Of a DNA stretch of 64,000 nt, positions 1-9,528 are shown one piece after another. The position numbers were made by a program, and so were the translations under genes. How positions within the stretch are numbered: the first letter of the stretch is position 1; each line of letters starts with the position of its first letter. The stretch lies in contig CALBIL010000039.1 in assembly GCA_937892945.1 (NCBI GenBank), positions 5,272 to 69,271 of the forward strand, read 5' to 3'. This stretch comes from an uncultured euryarchaeote. GTDB lineage: Archaea > Thermoplasmatota > Poseidoniia > Poseidoniales > Poseidoniaceae. The notes beneath the pieces were generated by a model that was not told where the DNA came from, ran no database searches, and saw only the letters and a program-made list of their open reading frames with translations.

Positions 1-1772
1 ATACGTAATGCATTGAGGATTTCAGTACGCTCGAGTGTATCGATTTCTGAATGCAGATGATGTGCTTTTACACCCATCTTATTGAGGTATTGCGCGACTT
101 CTTCAGCGAATTTAATGGTCAATACTGTCACTAAGGTCCTTTCCCCATTTTCAATACGGAGATTTATTTCTGATAATAAATCTGCAACTTGACCGCTTGT
201 AGGCCGTACTTCAATTTCCGGATCAAGTAAACCCGTCGGGCGTATCTCCATTTTTGCAATGCCGTCTATTTTCTGTACCATGTGATACAAACTCTCACTG
301 TCAGGGTGCTTCTTTTCAATGTCTGGTTGGCCAGCACCACCTCCTGATTTGGCATGGAGGAGGCCATTTGGAAGTGGTTGATTGGTAATTTCACACAGAT
401 GGCGTAGTTCCCGTTCCCCCGGTGTTGCAGATACATAGACCATTTGCGGAATCAGTTTTTGAAACTCAGGAATCTTAAGTGGGCGATTGTCGATTGCAGT
501 TGGGAGTCTAAAACCGTGCTCAACAAGACTTTCTTTTCTTGAACGGTCTCCGTAGTACATGCCGCCAACTTGAGGGAGGGTGACGTGTGATTCATCCATG
601 ATGACGAGGAACTTGTCAGGGCTGCCATGAAATTGTTTGGCACACGCCGCGAAAAAGTCAAGCAGGCAATAGGGTCGTTGTCCTCGTTCTCGTCCATCAA
701 AGTGAAGAGAGTAGTTTTCCATTGATTGGCAATGACCGATTTCACGAATCATTTCCAAATCATATCGAGTTCTTTGTTCGATCCGGTGGCGTTCCAATTC
801 ATGACCGAGACTCGAATAATGGGCAATCCGGTCATCAAGTTCATCTTCGATTGAAACCAACGCTTCTTCATAACGTTCTGGACTGGTCATGAAAAATTCT
901 TTTGGATGAATCCATGCTTCATCGAGTGTGTCGAGAACTTCCCATGTAACGGGGTCGCATACCTGGACTTTCGTCACGCCATCGAAATCAAATTGAATTC
1001 GAAGTGGGTCATCACGGCTCGGCATCCAAACATCGAGCACCTCACCTCGCAAACGACATTCTCCACGAGAGAGGTCGACGGTTGTACGTTTGTATTGCAG
1101 TACGATGAGTTCTTTCAGTAAATCACTTGTCTCAATGTTTTGGCCTACGTGAACTCGAACGTGATATTCAAGGAATGTTTCAGGGGGGTTCAATCCATAA
1201 ATACACGACACAGAAGACACGATGACGCAATCTGGACGTGTAACCAATGAGGCGATTGTAGCAAAGCGTTCTTGCTCAATGCGTTCATTGATTGAAAGTT
1301 CTTTATCGATGTATAGATCACGTTTTGCCAAATATGCTTCAGGCTGATAATAGTCATAATGTGAAACGAAATAATCGACGGCATTCTCAGGAAAATAGCC
1401 AGCCATTTCTTGGTGTAATTGGCGAGCAAGTGTTTTGTTATGGCTGATGATGAGTGTTGGAATGTTGAGGTGTTGGATTACTTGTGCCATGGCATAGGTT
1501 TTCCCACTTCCAGTGACGCCGAGAAGTACGGCTCTCTCTTGGCCATTTTCCAATTGAGAAATCAATTTTTCAATTGCTTTTGGTTGGTCTCCAGAAGGTT
1601 CGAACTCGGAATGAAGTCGGAGACGTTTAACATCGGGGTGTAAATGTTCCAATGCTGCGCCTTCAAGGGCTTTAGAAAGGTCGAAGGGGTCTCTTTCAGT
1701 CAGGTCACCTTGCCCAACATCGATATCAGCCATCTTCTCGAAGGCTCCATCATTATCCCATTGTTTTACCAT
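1..1772 (-). CDS. uvrB: Excinuclease ABC subunit B (UvrB); C-terminal end cut by window start
   Basis: Absent from the ORF track because it runs off the edge. My translation of the minus strand from ATG (1772-1770) gives MVKQWDNDG...SGDQPKAIEKL...GVTGSGKTY (Walker A)...DYYQPEAY...VIMDESHVT...GDRSRKESLVEHGFRLPTAIDNRPL...IRPTGLLDPEIEVRP. This is colinear with bacterial UvrB. A GGAGGTGA Shine-Dalgarno-like box lies 5 nt upstream. Confidence 0.93.
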   Translation of the reverse strand, partial: MVKQWDNDGAFEKMADIDVGQGDLTERDPFDLSKALEGAALEHLHPDVKRLRLHSEFEPSGDQPKAIEKLISQLENGQERAVLLGVTGSGKTYAMAQVIQHLNIPTLIISHNKTLARQLHQEMAGYFPENAVDYFVSHYDYYQPEAYLAKRDLYIDKELSINERIEQERFATIASLVTRPDCVIVSSVSCIYGLNPPETFLEYHVRVHVGQNIETSDLLKELIVLQYKRTTVDLSRGECRLRGEVLDVWMPSRDDPLRIQFDFDGVTKVQVCDPVTWEVLDTLDEAWIHPKEFFMTSPERYEEALVSIEDELDDRIAHYSSLGHELERHRIEQRTRYDLEMIREIGHCQSMENYSLHFDGRERGQRPYCLLDFFAACAKQFHGSPDKFLVIMDESHVTLPQVGGMYYGDRSRKESLVEHGFRLPTAIDNRPLKIPEFQKLIPQMVYVSATPGERELRHLCEITNQPLPNGLLHAKSGGGAGQPDIEKKHPDSESLYHMVQKIDGIAKMEIRPTGLLDPEIEVRPTSGQVADLLSEINLRIENGERTLVTVLTIKFAEEVAQYLNKMGVKAHHLHSEIDTLERTEILNALR

Positions 1773-1828
1773 AGACTCACCTCCGTTGTTCTATCATACT
1801 GAGCCAACAGGTCTTCAACTGTTCAGTC

Positions 1829-2560
1829 TCACGGGAGATAGAGTCCACCGTTGACATGGAGTATTGCTCCCGTGATGTATCTTGAATCTTGGCCTACCAA
1901 AAAGGAAATCGTTCCGGCCATATCTTCTGGTGTACCTACACGTTTGAGGGGTACCTGTTGTTCGCGTTGATCTCGCTTTTCTTTGGAATCTCCGGCAAGA
2001 ATTGCGGTATCGACAAAGCCAGGTGCCAGGACATTGACTCGCTTTCCTTCAGGTCCAACAGCTTGTGCAAGTGAACGAGCCCATGTTGAAAGGGCCGCTT
2101 TGGAAGCAGAATAATCTGCACCATGCGGTGAACCTTTGGTACCGAGTTGTGAACCGACAACGACCATTCGGGCCTCTGGGGTAAGGTGAGGTTGAACTGC
2201 TTTCCAGACCGAAACAGCTCCTTCAAAATTCGTCATCATGGTGCGGCGTAACATTTCCATGGTCAATTCATCTGCAGAAACACGTTCGTATGAGCCATGG
2301 TTGAGAACCAATACATCAATTCCACGAGCCATCCACGGATGAATTCCGAGAAGTCCAACTTCTCCAGTGTCTGAACAATCAACTTTGACAGCCAGTGCAT
2401 CATCTCCACCGTCTCGAATTTCTTCAACGACCATTTCTGCAGGTTTAGAAGAGGTATTGTATGTCAACAATACATCATAGCCATCCTTTGCAAGACGTTT
2501 TGATGTCGCAGCACCGATGCCTCGGCCACCTCCGGTAATCAGTGCAACGGGGCGGGACAT
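1829..2560 (-). CDS. Short-chain dehydrogenase/reductase (FabG-like SDR)
   Basis: 243-aa ORF with Rossmann motif ITGGGRGIG, NHG and catalytic YSASKAAL (YxxxK). The substrate cannot be inferred. Confidence 0.85.
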   Translation of the reverse strand: MSRPVALITGGGRGIGAATSKRLAKDGYDVLLTYNTSSKPAEMVVEEIRDGGDDALAVKVDCSDTGEVGLLGIHPWMARGIDVLVLNHGSYERVSADELTMEMLRRTMMTNFEGAVSVWKAVQPHLTPEARMVVVGSQLGTKGSPHGADYSASKAALSTWARSLAQAVGPEGKRVNVLAPGFVDTAILAGDSKEKRDQREQQVPLKRVGTPEDMAGTISFLVGQDSRYITGAILHVNGGLYLP

Positions 2561-2636
2561 AGATGTCCCAATAGCCCAAACATCATCAAACTTCCATTTG
2601 ACGAGTATGCTTAGAAGAGTAAGATTTTCGCTGAAT

Positions 2637-4298
2637 TCATTGACAAGATGAATCTGAATTCAGTTGAATAAAGTGGAACGAACGTTGATTCATTACAAAT
2701 TTGGACAACTCGAATGTCGTTCCACTGAAGTCACCTTCTGCGATGAGTTGCCATGGGTTTGAGGCATTCTCAACCATTCCCCAATGTTCCCAAGCATAGT
2801 TGCAATCATCATTCAATCCATCCACAGAGAGATTTACCGTATCGTTAAATTCACTAAAAGCATTAGGTTGATCGGCATTTTCATCTACGTAACGTGAGAG
2901 TAATATGCTTATTTTTGAACCATTTTCAGATTTACCAGCCAATATATTAAATTCATTGGAATCGATAGAATCGGATCCAAAACCGCCTTCATTTTGCAAT
3001 CGAATCGGTGTATTCACCACCATCTCACTGTAGACGCTCCAGGTGATTCCAGGTGGTTTGATTTGCATGTTTTCTCCCCAAAAGAAACTTCTTGCAGCGA
3101 AGAAATGTGCCATTTTTAGGGTATTGACGCCATGGGACGAATTCCCGGCATTTCCTTCCCATAGATCGTTGTAGATGGTCAATACGCTGGTTAAATAGGC
3201 TTGACTGGCAGGACTGTGCGCATATACTGGAATGTTTCTATTCCATTCGGTAATGTAGACTGGAGTATTTTCTGAATAGCCATATTTTGCTAAAAAGACA
3301 CCGAGTGATTCAGTTGGGTGGGTAAAAAAATACGTTGTTTGAGAGGGGTTAATGCGGTATAAGTGGACATAAACAGCATCGATTGGTTCGTTATTTTGTT
3401 GAGCTAATTCTAAAAACCGTTCTGAAAACTCTATGCTATTTTTCCCGATTGTGATCGCAGCAATAACCTCAATTTCATCTCCGAACTCATCGGTAACTGC
3501 TGTGTTAACTGCGTGATAGAGTTCATAGTATTCATCCGCAGTACCACTCCACCAATCTGATAAATACGGTTCATTCCAAACTTCGACTGCGTCAAAACTA
3601 TCAAAATAAAACCCTTCATTCCAACCTTCACGATAATGTTTCAAGACTTGGACTGCAGCTTGTGCAAATACAGTAAAATTATCCGGTGGGCTTCTCCAGT
3701 CCGAACACTCTTCGTACGATGGGTATGCTTTGGGATAGCCGAGTCTCCAATATACGCTGGTATGGGTTGTAGCCATGGTTGCTTGAACCCTCTGGTCAGT
3801 CTCTGAGAAATTATAATTCGACATGTTAAGGGGGTCGTATCCGTCATACACTGGAACTCCATTTTCGTCAGCATGGACCCATATTCGATTCATATCTCCG
3901 GGGCCTTCACCATGAGTGCGAGATGATGGAATTTGCATTTGGTTGTATTCGTCAGTATAATTGGAACCATACCAAATGTGCTGACAACCCTCTATTTCCC
4001 ATGTTTTGAGAACCAGTGGGCCGTTATTGACACCATGTATTGGCGCAATTCGGCCGAATTCTTCATCGGAATGAATCGTTGCGGTTAGATTTGCAGGGTC
4101 TATGTTCGGATATTCACATGAATCATCCTCACTGTTCGCTTGAGGATTGTAATTGAGTGCGCCCTCATCCATGCACCCCAAGACTTCAGTAATTTCTCCA
4201 TCACCGTCTGAAGAATCACCTGCATTACCCCCATCGCCATAACAGCCAGGTAAAAGAATCATAATTGAGAATAAAAATACGCAAACTACTCTTTTCAC
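2637..4298 (-). CDS. Secreted lipoprotein, clan GH-A (GH39/GH5-like) glycoside hydrolase
   Basis: Signal peptide with lipobox (ILLPGC). VEVWNEPY (putative acid/base Glu ~243) and VYITEWN (putative nucleophile Glu ~351) lie ~108 aa apart, as in TIM-barrel clan A hydrolases. An N-terminal Cys motif GCMDEGALNYNPQANSEDDSCEY is present. The exact GH family cannot be assigned by eye. Confidence 0.6.
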   Translation of the reverse strand: MKRVVCVFLFSIMILLPGCYGDGGNAGDSSDGDGEITEVLGCMDEGALNYNPQANSEDDSCEYPNIDPANLTATIHSDEEFGRIAPIHGVNNGPLVLKTWEIEGCQHIWYGSNYTDEYNQMQIPSSRTHGEGPGDMNRIWVHADENGVPVYDGYDPLNMSNYNFSETDQRVQATMATTHTSVYWRLGYPKAYPSYEECSDWRSPPDNFTVFAQAAVQVLKHYREGWNEGFYFDSFDAVEVWNEPYLSDWWSGTADEYYELYHAVNTAVTDEFGDEIEVIAAITIGKNSIEFSERFLELAQQNNEPIDAVYVHLYRINPSQTTYFFTHPTESLGVFLAKYGYSENTPVYITEWNRNIPVYAHSPASQAYLTSVLTIYNDLWEGNAGNSSHGVNTLKMAHFFAARSFFWGENMQIKPPGITWSVYSEMVVNTPIRLQNEGGFGSDSIDSNEFNILAGKSENGSKISILLSRYVDENADQPNAFSEFNDTVNLSVDGLNDDCNYAWEHWGMVENASNPWQLIAEGDFSGTTFELSKFVMNQRSFHFIQLNSDSSCQ

Positions 4299-4493
4299 GC
4301 TAATCCGTTGTTTAAAGTGCTAATGAATGCTTCCATACGACCGATGGGAATCAGGATAAATCTGGTGGGTAGCACTAGAGATGTATGTTTCCAACCGTAG
4401 CGATGTGTACACAGACGTGGAGCCTTCTTTTCGGGTTGAATCGGATAGAAAGAGAGGTTACATCAATTCTCAAGAGTTCATGAGAACTGCTGG

Positions 4494-6041
4494 ATGAGTC
4501 ATTTCCAATCCTTGAAGTATCTCAGGCGAGGGCAATGCTTCATGGCATCCGAAGGCATCAACCAAGATCTCGCCCCGGAGACCTTTGGAAAACATACCCT
4601 GAAGCCCTTACGAGCCTCTCGTGGGACATTGCTCCTTCTCGTCACAGTCATGCTTTGGCTGTATCGGAATCACTTCCAACCGGTCAATGTCATCATCGTA
4701 ATTCTTGGATTCGTGTGGCTCGCACTCAAGGGACTCTCCAAAACTTCACTTTTTACAAAGAACGAAACAAGTGGTGAAAAGCCTACGCTCAAAAGGAAAG
4801 CCAGGCTTATAACGTTCCTTATCGCAGGATTCTTTACTTTTGTCATCATTTCAGCCACCCTTTTCATTAATATTTCACCTCAAGTCGGTGGTGATTCACT
4901 CGATTATGATTCTTTGAATTACAGAGATGGAGCATTCCAAAACTTGATTCCGACCGATGTTTCCTCGGAAAACAGTTCGTTTTGGGAGACGATGGCTGCT
5001 TACATGGTGAGCGGTGAACAAAGATCTCCAGGTGCGCCCCTTCCTACCAAAGAGTTCATTCTGGAACCCCTTGAATCCGAGGAAATAAGTGTGACATGGT
5101 TCGGCCATTCTACAATTCTCATACGTTCAAATAATGTTACAATCCTTACTGACCCACTCGTTGGTGAGGATAATATGGACCCGCTCTTCTTTGGTCCGAG
5201 TCCGTTTTCACTTGAATTCAGTTACGAACTCGAAGATCTTCCTCCAATTGATTACGTGCTTATTTCTCATGACCATTATGACCACCTCGATATGGGTGCA
5301 ATCAAGGAACTTCGAGATTCAAAATTCTATGTTCCACTCGGGATTAAAGCTCATCTCTTGAGATGGAATGTTCCCGGAGAAAATGTCCAAGAATTGGATT
5401 GGTATGATGAGGTCAATGTTTCAGAGCATTTGGGTTTCGCGCTCACTCCCGCTCAGCATTTCAGTGGCCGTTCACTGTTCAACAGTGATTCTACCTTGTG
5501 GGGGTCATGGGTCATTGAACTTCAGAATCAATCTCTCTTCTTCAGTGGTGACAGTGGTTACACGGAAGAGTTCAAGACGATTGGAGAAAAGTACGGCCCC
5601 TTTGATATAGCATTCCTTGAGTCAGGCCAATACAATCAGGCTTGGGAGAACATCCACATGTTTCCTGAACAAGTCGTTCAAGCAGGAATTGACCTGAACA
5701 CATCAGTAATCTTACCGATTCATAATTCCAAATACACCCTTGCTCTTCATTCATGGGATGAACCGCTTGAGAGAGTCTCAGGGGAAGGTGAAAGAAGGAA
5801 TATGAGTGTAGCAACCCCAATGATTGGAGAGACATTCATTCTGGGCGGTCCTATTCCGAATGATGCATGGTGGTTGAATGTGTCCAATGCCTCGCCTTCA
5901 TTCTTAGAAAGCAATTCTTTTGTTGGGTATCTGCTTCCACCCCTTGCCGTTGTTGGTATGTTCTGGATGTTCACTGAGCGTAATGAGCGCTCAAGAACGG
6001 AGGAAAAGAACGGCCTCCAAAACGCCCCTGAAGAAGAATAG
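4494..6041 (+). CDS. Membrane-anchored metallo-beta-lactamase-fold hydrolase (NAPE-PLD-like)
   Basis: HxHxDH motif ISHDHYDHLD in a ~300-aa MBL core. Hydrophobic segments occur at the N-terminus and C-terminus. An alternative start at Met17 (4542) is possible. Confidence 0.7.
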   Translation: MSHFQSLKYLRRGQCFMASEGINQDLAPETFGKHTLKPLRASRGTLLLLVTVMLWLYRNHFQPVNVIIVILGFVWLALKGLSKTSLFTKNETSGEKPTLKRKARLITFLIAGFFTFVIISATLFINISPQVGGDSLDYDSLNYRDGAFQNLIPTDVSSENSSFWETMAAYMVSGEQRSPGAPLPTKEFILEPLESEEISVTWFGHSTILIRSNNVTILTDPLVGEDNMDPLFFGPSPFSLEFSYELEDLPPIDYVLISHDHYDHLDMGAIKELRDSKFYVPLGIKAHLLRWNVPGENVQELDWYDEVNVSEHLGFALTPAQHFSGRSLFNSDSTLWGSWVIELQNQSLFFSGDSGYTEEFKTIGEKYGPFDIAFLESGQYNQAWENIHMFPEQVVQAGIDLNTSVILPIHNSKYTLALHSWDEPLERVSGEGERRNMSVATPMIGETFILGGPIPNDAWWLNVSNASPSFLESNSFVGYLLPPLAVVGMFWMFTERNERSRTEEKNGLQNAPEEE

Positions 6042-6071
6042 ACTCTTGTTCAAGGTTGAATATAAGTTGGT

Positions 6072-6449
6072 TCATTCAAGAAACTGGGCTAACTGGGGTG
6101 GTTGCCAGCCTTCTGGTTTGAGCACTTTCCCATCATCGCGTCGGATGACTTTTCCATCGACAAGTTTGGCCATATTTGAGCGGTGAACTTCGTTGAAGGC
6201 ATCGTCGTAAATCTTCTGCATGCCGTGGTTGATGATGGTTCCAGCAAGGATGTAACCAATGTCTGCAAGTGCATCGAGTACTTCGACCATATCGCCGGCA
6301 CGAGCGGCTTCTGCGTATTCTTCAACTTCTTCACGGAGCAATTTAATTCGCAGTTCAATCATTTCATCTGTGCCAAGTCCTGGCGAATCGAGTTTTGGGA
6401 TTTCAAAGGCTTCATTGAATTCAAGCAGTGATTTGACAAGAGGGTTCAT
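6072..6449 (-). CDS. MazG/HisE-type all-alpha NTP pyrophosphohydrolase family protein
   Basis: 125 aa and helical. Acidic metal-binding strings LREEVEEYAEA and VLDALADIGY are typical of MazG-like pyrophosphatases. Confidence 0.55.
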   Translation of the reverse strand: MNPLVKSLLEFNEAFEIPKLDSPGLGTDEMIELRIKLLREEVEEYAEAARAGDMVEVLDALADIGYILAGTIINHGMQKIYDDAFNEVHRSNMAKLVDGKVIRRDDGKVLKPEGWQPPQLAQFLE

Positions 6450-6535
6450 GATTTACGGTGAGCCGTTGAAGCACATCAACCTTCCACAGGTGTGGTGTGG
6501 TAACGGTCATCGACGTCTTCTCGAATTTGAAACAT

Positions 6536-7459
6536 TTAGTCCAACATGAATTCAGGGCTAGGCTCAAGCATAAAGCCGATGATCAGTGCAAGGAGAAGCG
6601 CCCATCCTGTCAACATGGATGCACGGAACAAGACCGTTTGGAAATCCTCGAACTTCTCTTTTGCCAATACAACCCAGATGTTCAACACCGCCATCACTCC
6701 TGCAGCAGCAAGGAACCAAACTCCATCAACCGGATTGGCCACAGCAAAGCAAGCAAACCAAACCAACGTCAACTGTACGGTTGTCCGTGTTGTTGCCTTT
6801 TCTCCGAACTTTGAGGGGAACGAGTGTACGCCGCTAATACGGTCACTCTCGACGTCCATTCGTGCGTAATTGATGTCAAATGCAGTAATCCACAAAGTAA
6901 CTCCTAAAGAGATTGGTAGGATGGTTGAAGCCCACAAGAGTTCAGTGTGGGAGTCAAACATACCTGTAATGGCAGCCCAGCCGTGTATGTCCGCTGCTAG
7001 AGCAACCCAGGCTCCCGCAGGGGCTAGGCCCAAACACAGGCCAAGCCAAAGGTGGCACAGCCAAGTGTATCGCTTCATGTAAGGGTAGATGACGAAGACG
7101 AGAACAGGTAGCCAAGACATCATGAGTGCAACAGGGTTGAGAAGGCCAGCACCGATGAGTAGCATGGCCAAGAACACGGCGCAAAGCGTCCATGCCGTTT
7201 GAAGGCTCATTTCACCCGAGGCCAGATGGCGGCCTTCTGTTCGAGGATTTGCCGCATCAATGTCTCGGTCAATAATACGATTCAGTGCCATGGCAAGTCC
7301 TCTTGCCCCGACAGCTGCAAGAAGAATCCAGAGTAAATCTATACTCGGGGAAATATTGAATTGCTCAAGGGCGATGAAATAACCGATAAGGACAAACGGG
7401 AGGGAGAACAGCGTGTGCTCAATTTTAATGAACGAGAGAATCTGTTTGAAATCCATCAC
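6536..7459 (-). CDS. UbiA-family aromatic prenyltransferase
   Basis: Polytopic membrane protein with Asp-rich motifs NRIIDRDIDAANPRT and YARMDVESD. Its start overlaps the stop of the upstream UbiD-family gene (7456-7459, ATGA-type coupling). Confidence 0.85.
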   Translation of the reverse strand: MMDFKQILSFIKIEHTLFSLPFVLIGYFIALEQFNISPSIDLLWILLAAVGARGLAMALNRIIDRDIDAANPRTEGRHLASGEMSLQTAWTLCAVFLAMLLIGAGLLNPVALMMSWLPVLVFVIYPYMKRYTWLCHLWLGLCLGLAPAGAWVALAADIHGWAAITGMFDSHTELLWASTILPISLGVTLWITAFDINYARMDVESDRISGVHSFPSKFGEKATTRTTVQLTLVWFACFAVANPVDGVWFLAAAGVMAVLNIWVVLAKEKFEDFQTVLFRASMLTGWALLLALIIGFMLEPSPEFMLD

Positions 7460-9423
7460 TCATCCCCTCCAAACGAGAGGTGCGGTGGCCATTGATATGC
7501 TTCCAATTCAGGATGTTGCCTCACCTTCTCAAGTGTTTCTGGGGAATGTAAGGTGATCGAGGGCCATCTGCGAACGCCATGCTCAACTGAAGGTATTGGG
7601 GTTGTGGCATCCCAACAAAGACGTTGCTTCTGGTCATCAAAGGTGAGGCCCCTCCCTACATCGAATCGCGAGGTAAGTTGCCATAAGAGTCGCCGACGTG
7701 CTTTTTCGCAATGTAAGTCAAGGTCGTCATTGGTGATAAAGAGCCAGCGGAGAGAAGAAGAACTATCCAATTGCCAAATTGATTTACGCAATTGAGATAT
7801 ACGCGCTCTTCTTGCTCCTTCTGCATCATCATTCGACGCTTCTTGACCGTCTTGAGGTGTTGGTGAGTTTTCGATATGGGTCGAGACGACCATGATGCTG
7901 TCTCGTAGCATACGTGCATCGGCTACTTCGTCGAGTTTGAGAACATCTTCTAGGCTAGAGAATCCAGGGGCTTTGCCTTTGCCTTGCCTCCATTCAGGTG
8001 TAGGTTGTGAATAGGAACCCTCGAGTGGTTCAGCATCTGAACGGGGATCACGTTGAGCGAGTGTTGTCGCATCGATGAGGAGTTTGCTGTGGACGTTTTC
8101 GTATGGGCTTGCAGCCTCGAGTGAATCGGCCACCATTCCATCGAGTACCAGCACATCAGTTGCAATGTCCACTTTCGAATTCAAAGCATCAAGAAGTGCC
8201 TCTAAATCTTTTGGATTGTGGTTCTCATCGACAGCGATAATTGTTTTGAGGAACATCATTTGTCCAGCACCCAAGAGACCAAGTGCAGTTTTTCTGCCTT
8301 GGCGCGGGTACCGTTGTTTCGAAGCAACAATGGCTAAATTATGGAATCCAGTTTCCATTGGAAGGTGAACGCTCTTGACATCTCGATGTTGGAAATTAAG
8401 GACGGGAGAAAACTGTTGACCAATCGCTTCTCCGAGATGCCCATCTTCCATAGGAGGTAGGCCAACGATCGTTGCAGCCAGTACGGCATCTTTCCGACAG
8501 GTAATGGCAGTAACATGCATGACGGGATACTGTCCAGTCAATGAGTAGAATCCGAAATGGTCGCCAAACGGACCTTCAAGTCGAGTCTCACCAGGTATGC
8601 AATAGCCTTCAATCACGATATCTGCCTCTGCAGGCACCATCAAGTCTTGAGTGAGAGCTTTGGTGATTGGCAATGACTTACGCCCTAATATACCAGCAAA
8701 CTGGTATTCGCTCAGGTTATCGGGCAGTGGGGAGATGGCTGAAAAAATCAATTCTGGGGGCCCGCCCATGCAAATCGCAACAGGCATTCGTCCATCCCCT
8801 CCCGCTTCTTTCACCGCCGCAGCATGATCTGCTCCATGCTTGTGAATTTGCCAATGCAGTCCTATTTCCTTCGGACCAAAGACTTGAGCGCGGTACATGC
8901 CGAGATTGTGTTCACCGCTTTTAGGATCCTTGGTGACAACCAGGGGCAGGGTGACAAACGGACCTCCATCCTTGGGCCATGTTGTTGGAATAGGCAGCCG
9001 CGTTAAATCGAGTGGTAATTGTACCCTCTGACAATTTCCTTTGCGTTTTTTCTTCGGTGGCATGGCGAGAGCATCCCGGATCAATGGGAGTCCCTTCCAG
9101 GGTTTGCGCATGTAGAGCCCGATATCTGGCTTCATCATGGCAACCATACGGTCGCCAATTTCAGTAGGGTGTGCTGCGCCAAGTGCGCGAAGAGTGCGGT
9201 CTTGTCCTCCAAACAAATTCATTGCGAGTGGAATTTCGCTGATCGTGCCGTCGGGGAGTCGTGGTTGCTCAAACAATACGGCAGGACCATCGTTCTTGAC
9301 CAATAAATCGGCAATAGCGCCAGCTTCAAACTGAACGTCAACCGGACGCGTAATACGTAGGAGTTCGCCACCCTGCTCAAGATGTTCGAGCCACCGCTTG
9401 GAAGTTCGCCACGCCACAACCAA
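7456..9423 (-). CDS. UbiD-family (prenylated-FMN dependent) decarboxylase with extended C-terminal region
   Basis: UbiD-like N-terminus (WLEHLEQGGELLRITRPVDVQFE) and signature EGPFGDHFGFY. It is 655 aa versus ~490-500 for typical UbiD. TTG start with a GGGAGGT box ~10 nt upstream. Confidence 0.85.
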   Translation of the reverse strand: MVVAWRTSKRWLEHLEQGGELLRITRPVDVQFEAGAIADLLVKNDGPAVLFEQPRLPDGTISEIPLAMNLFGGQDRTLRALGAAHPTEIGDRMVAMMKPDIGLYMRKPWKGLPLIRDALAMPPKKKRKGNCQRVQLPLDLTRLPIPTTWPKDGGPFVTLPLVVTKDPKSGEHNLGMYRAQVFGPKEIGLHWQIHKHGADHAAAVKEAGGDGRMPVAICMGGPPELIFSAISPLPDNLSEYQFAGILGRKSLPITKALTQDLMVPAEADIVIEGYCIPGETRLEGPFGDHFGFYSLTGQYPVMHVTAITCRKDAVLAATIVGLPPMEDGHLGEAIGQQFSPVLNFQHRDVKSVHLPMETGFHNLAIVASKQRYPRQGRKTALGLLGAGQMMFLKTIIAVDENHNPKDLEALLDALNSKVDIATDVLVLDGMVADSLEAASPYENVHSKLLIDATTLAQRDPRSDAEPLEGSYSQPTPEWRQGKGKAPGFSSLEDVLKLDEVADARMLRDSIMVVSTHIENSPTPQDGQEASNDDAEGARRARISQLRKSIWQLDSSSSLRWLFITNDDLDLHCEKARRRLLWQLTSRFDVGRGLTFDDQKQRLCWDATTPIPSVEHGVRRWPSITLHSPETLEKVRQHPELEAYQWPPHLSFGGDE

Positions 9424-9528
9424 GCGTAATGGAACCTCCCTTTGAACCGTCGTATTCCTTCATAAGATTGTAAAATGGTTTGTGTATCGCATACATGCAT
9501 TGAAAACCCCTACCGGGTTTCAAAGGTT

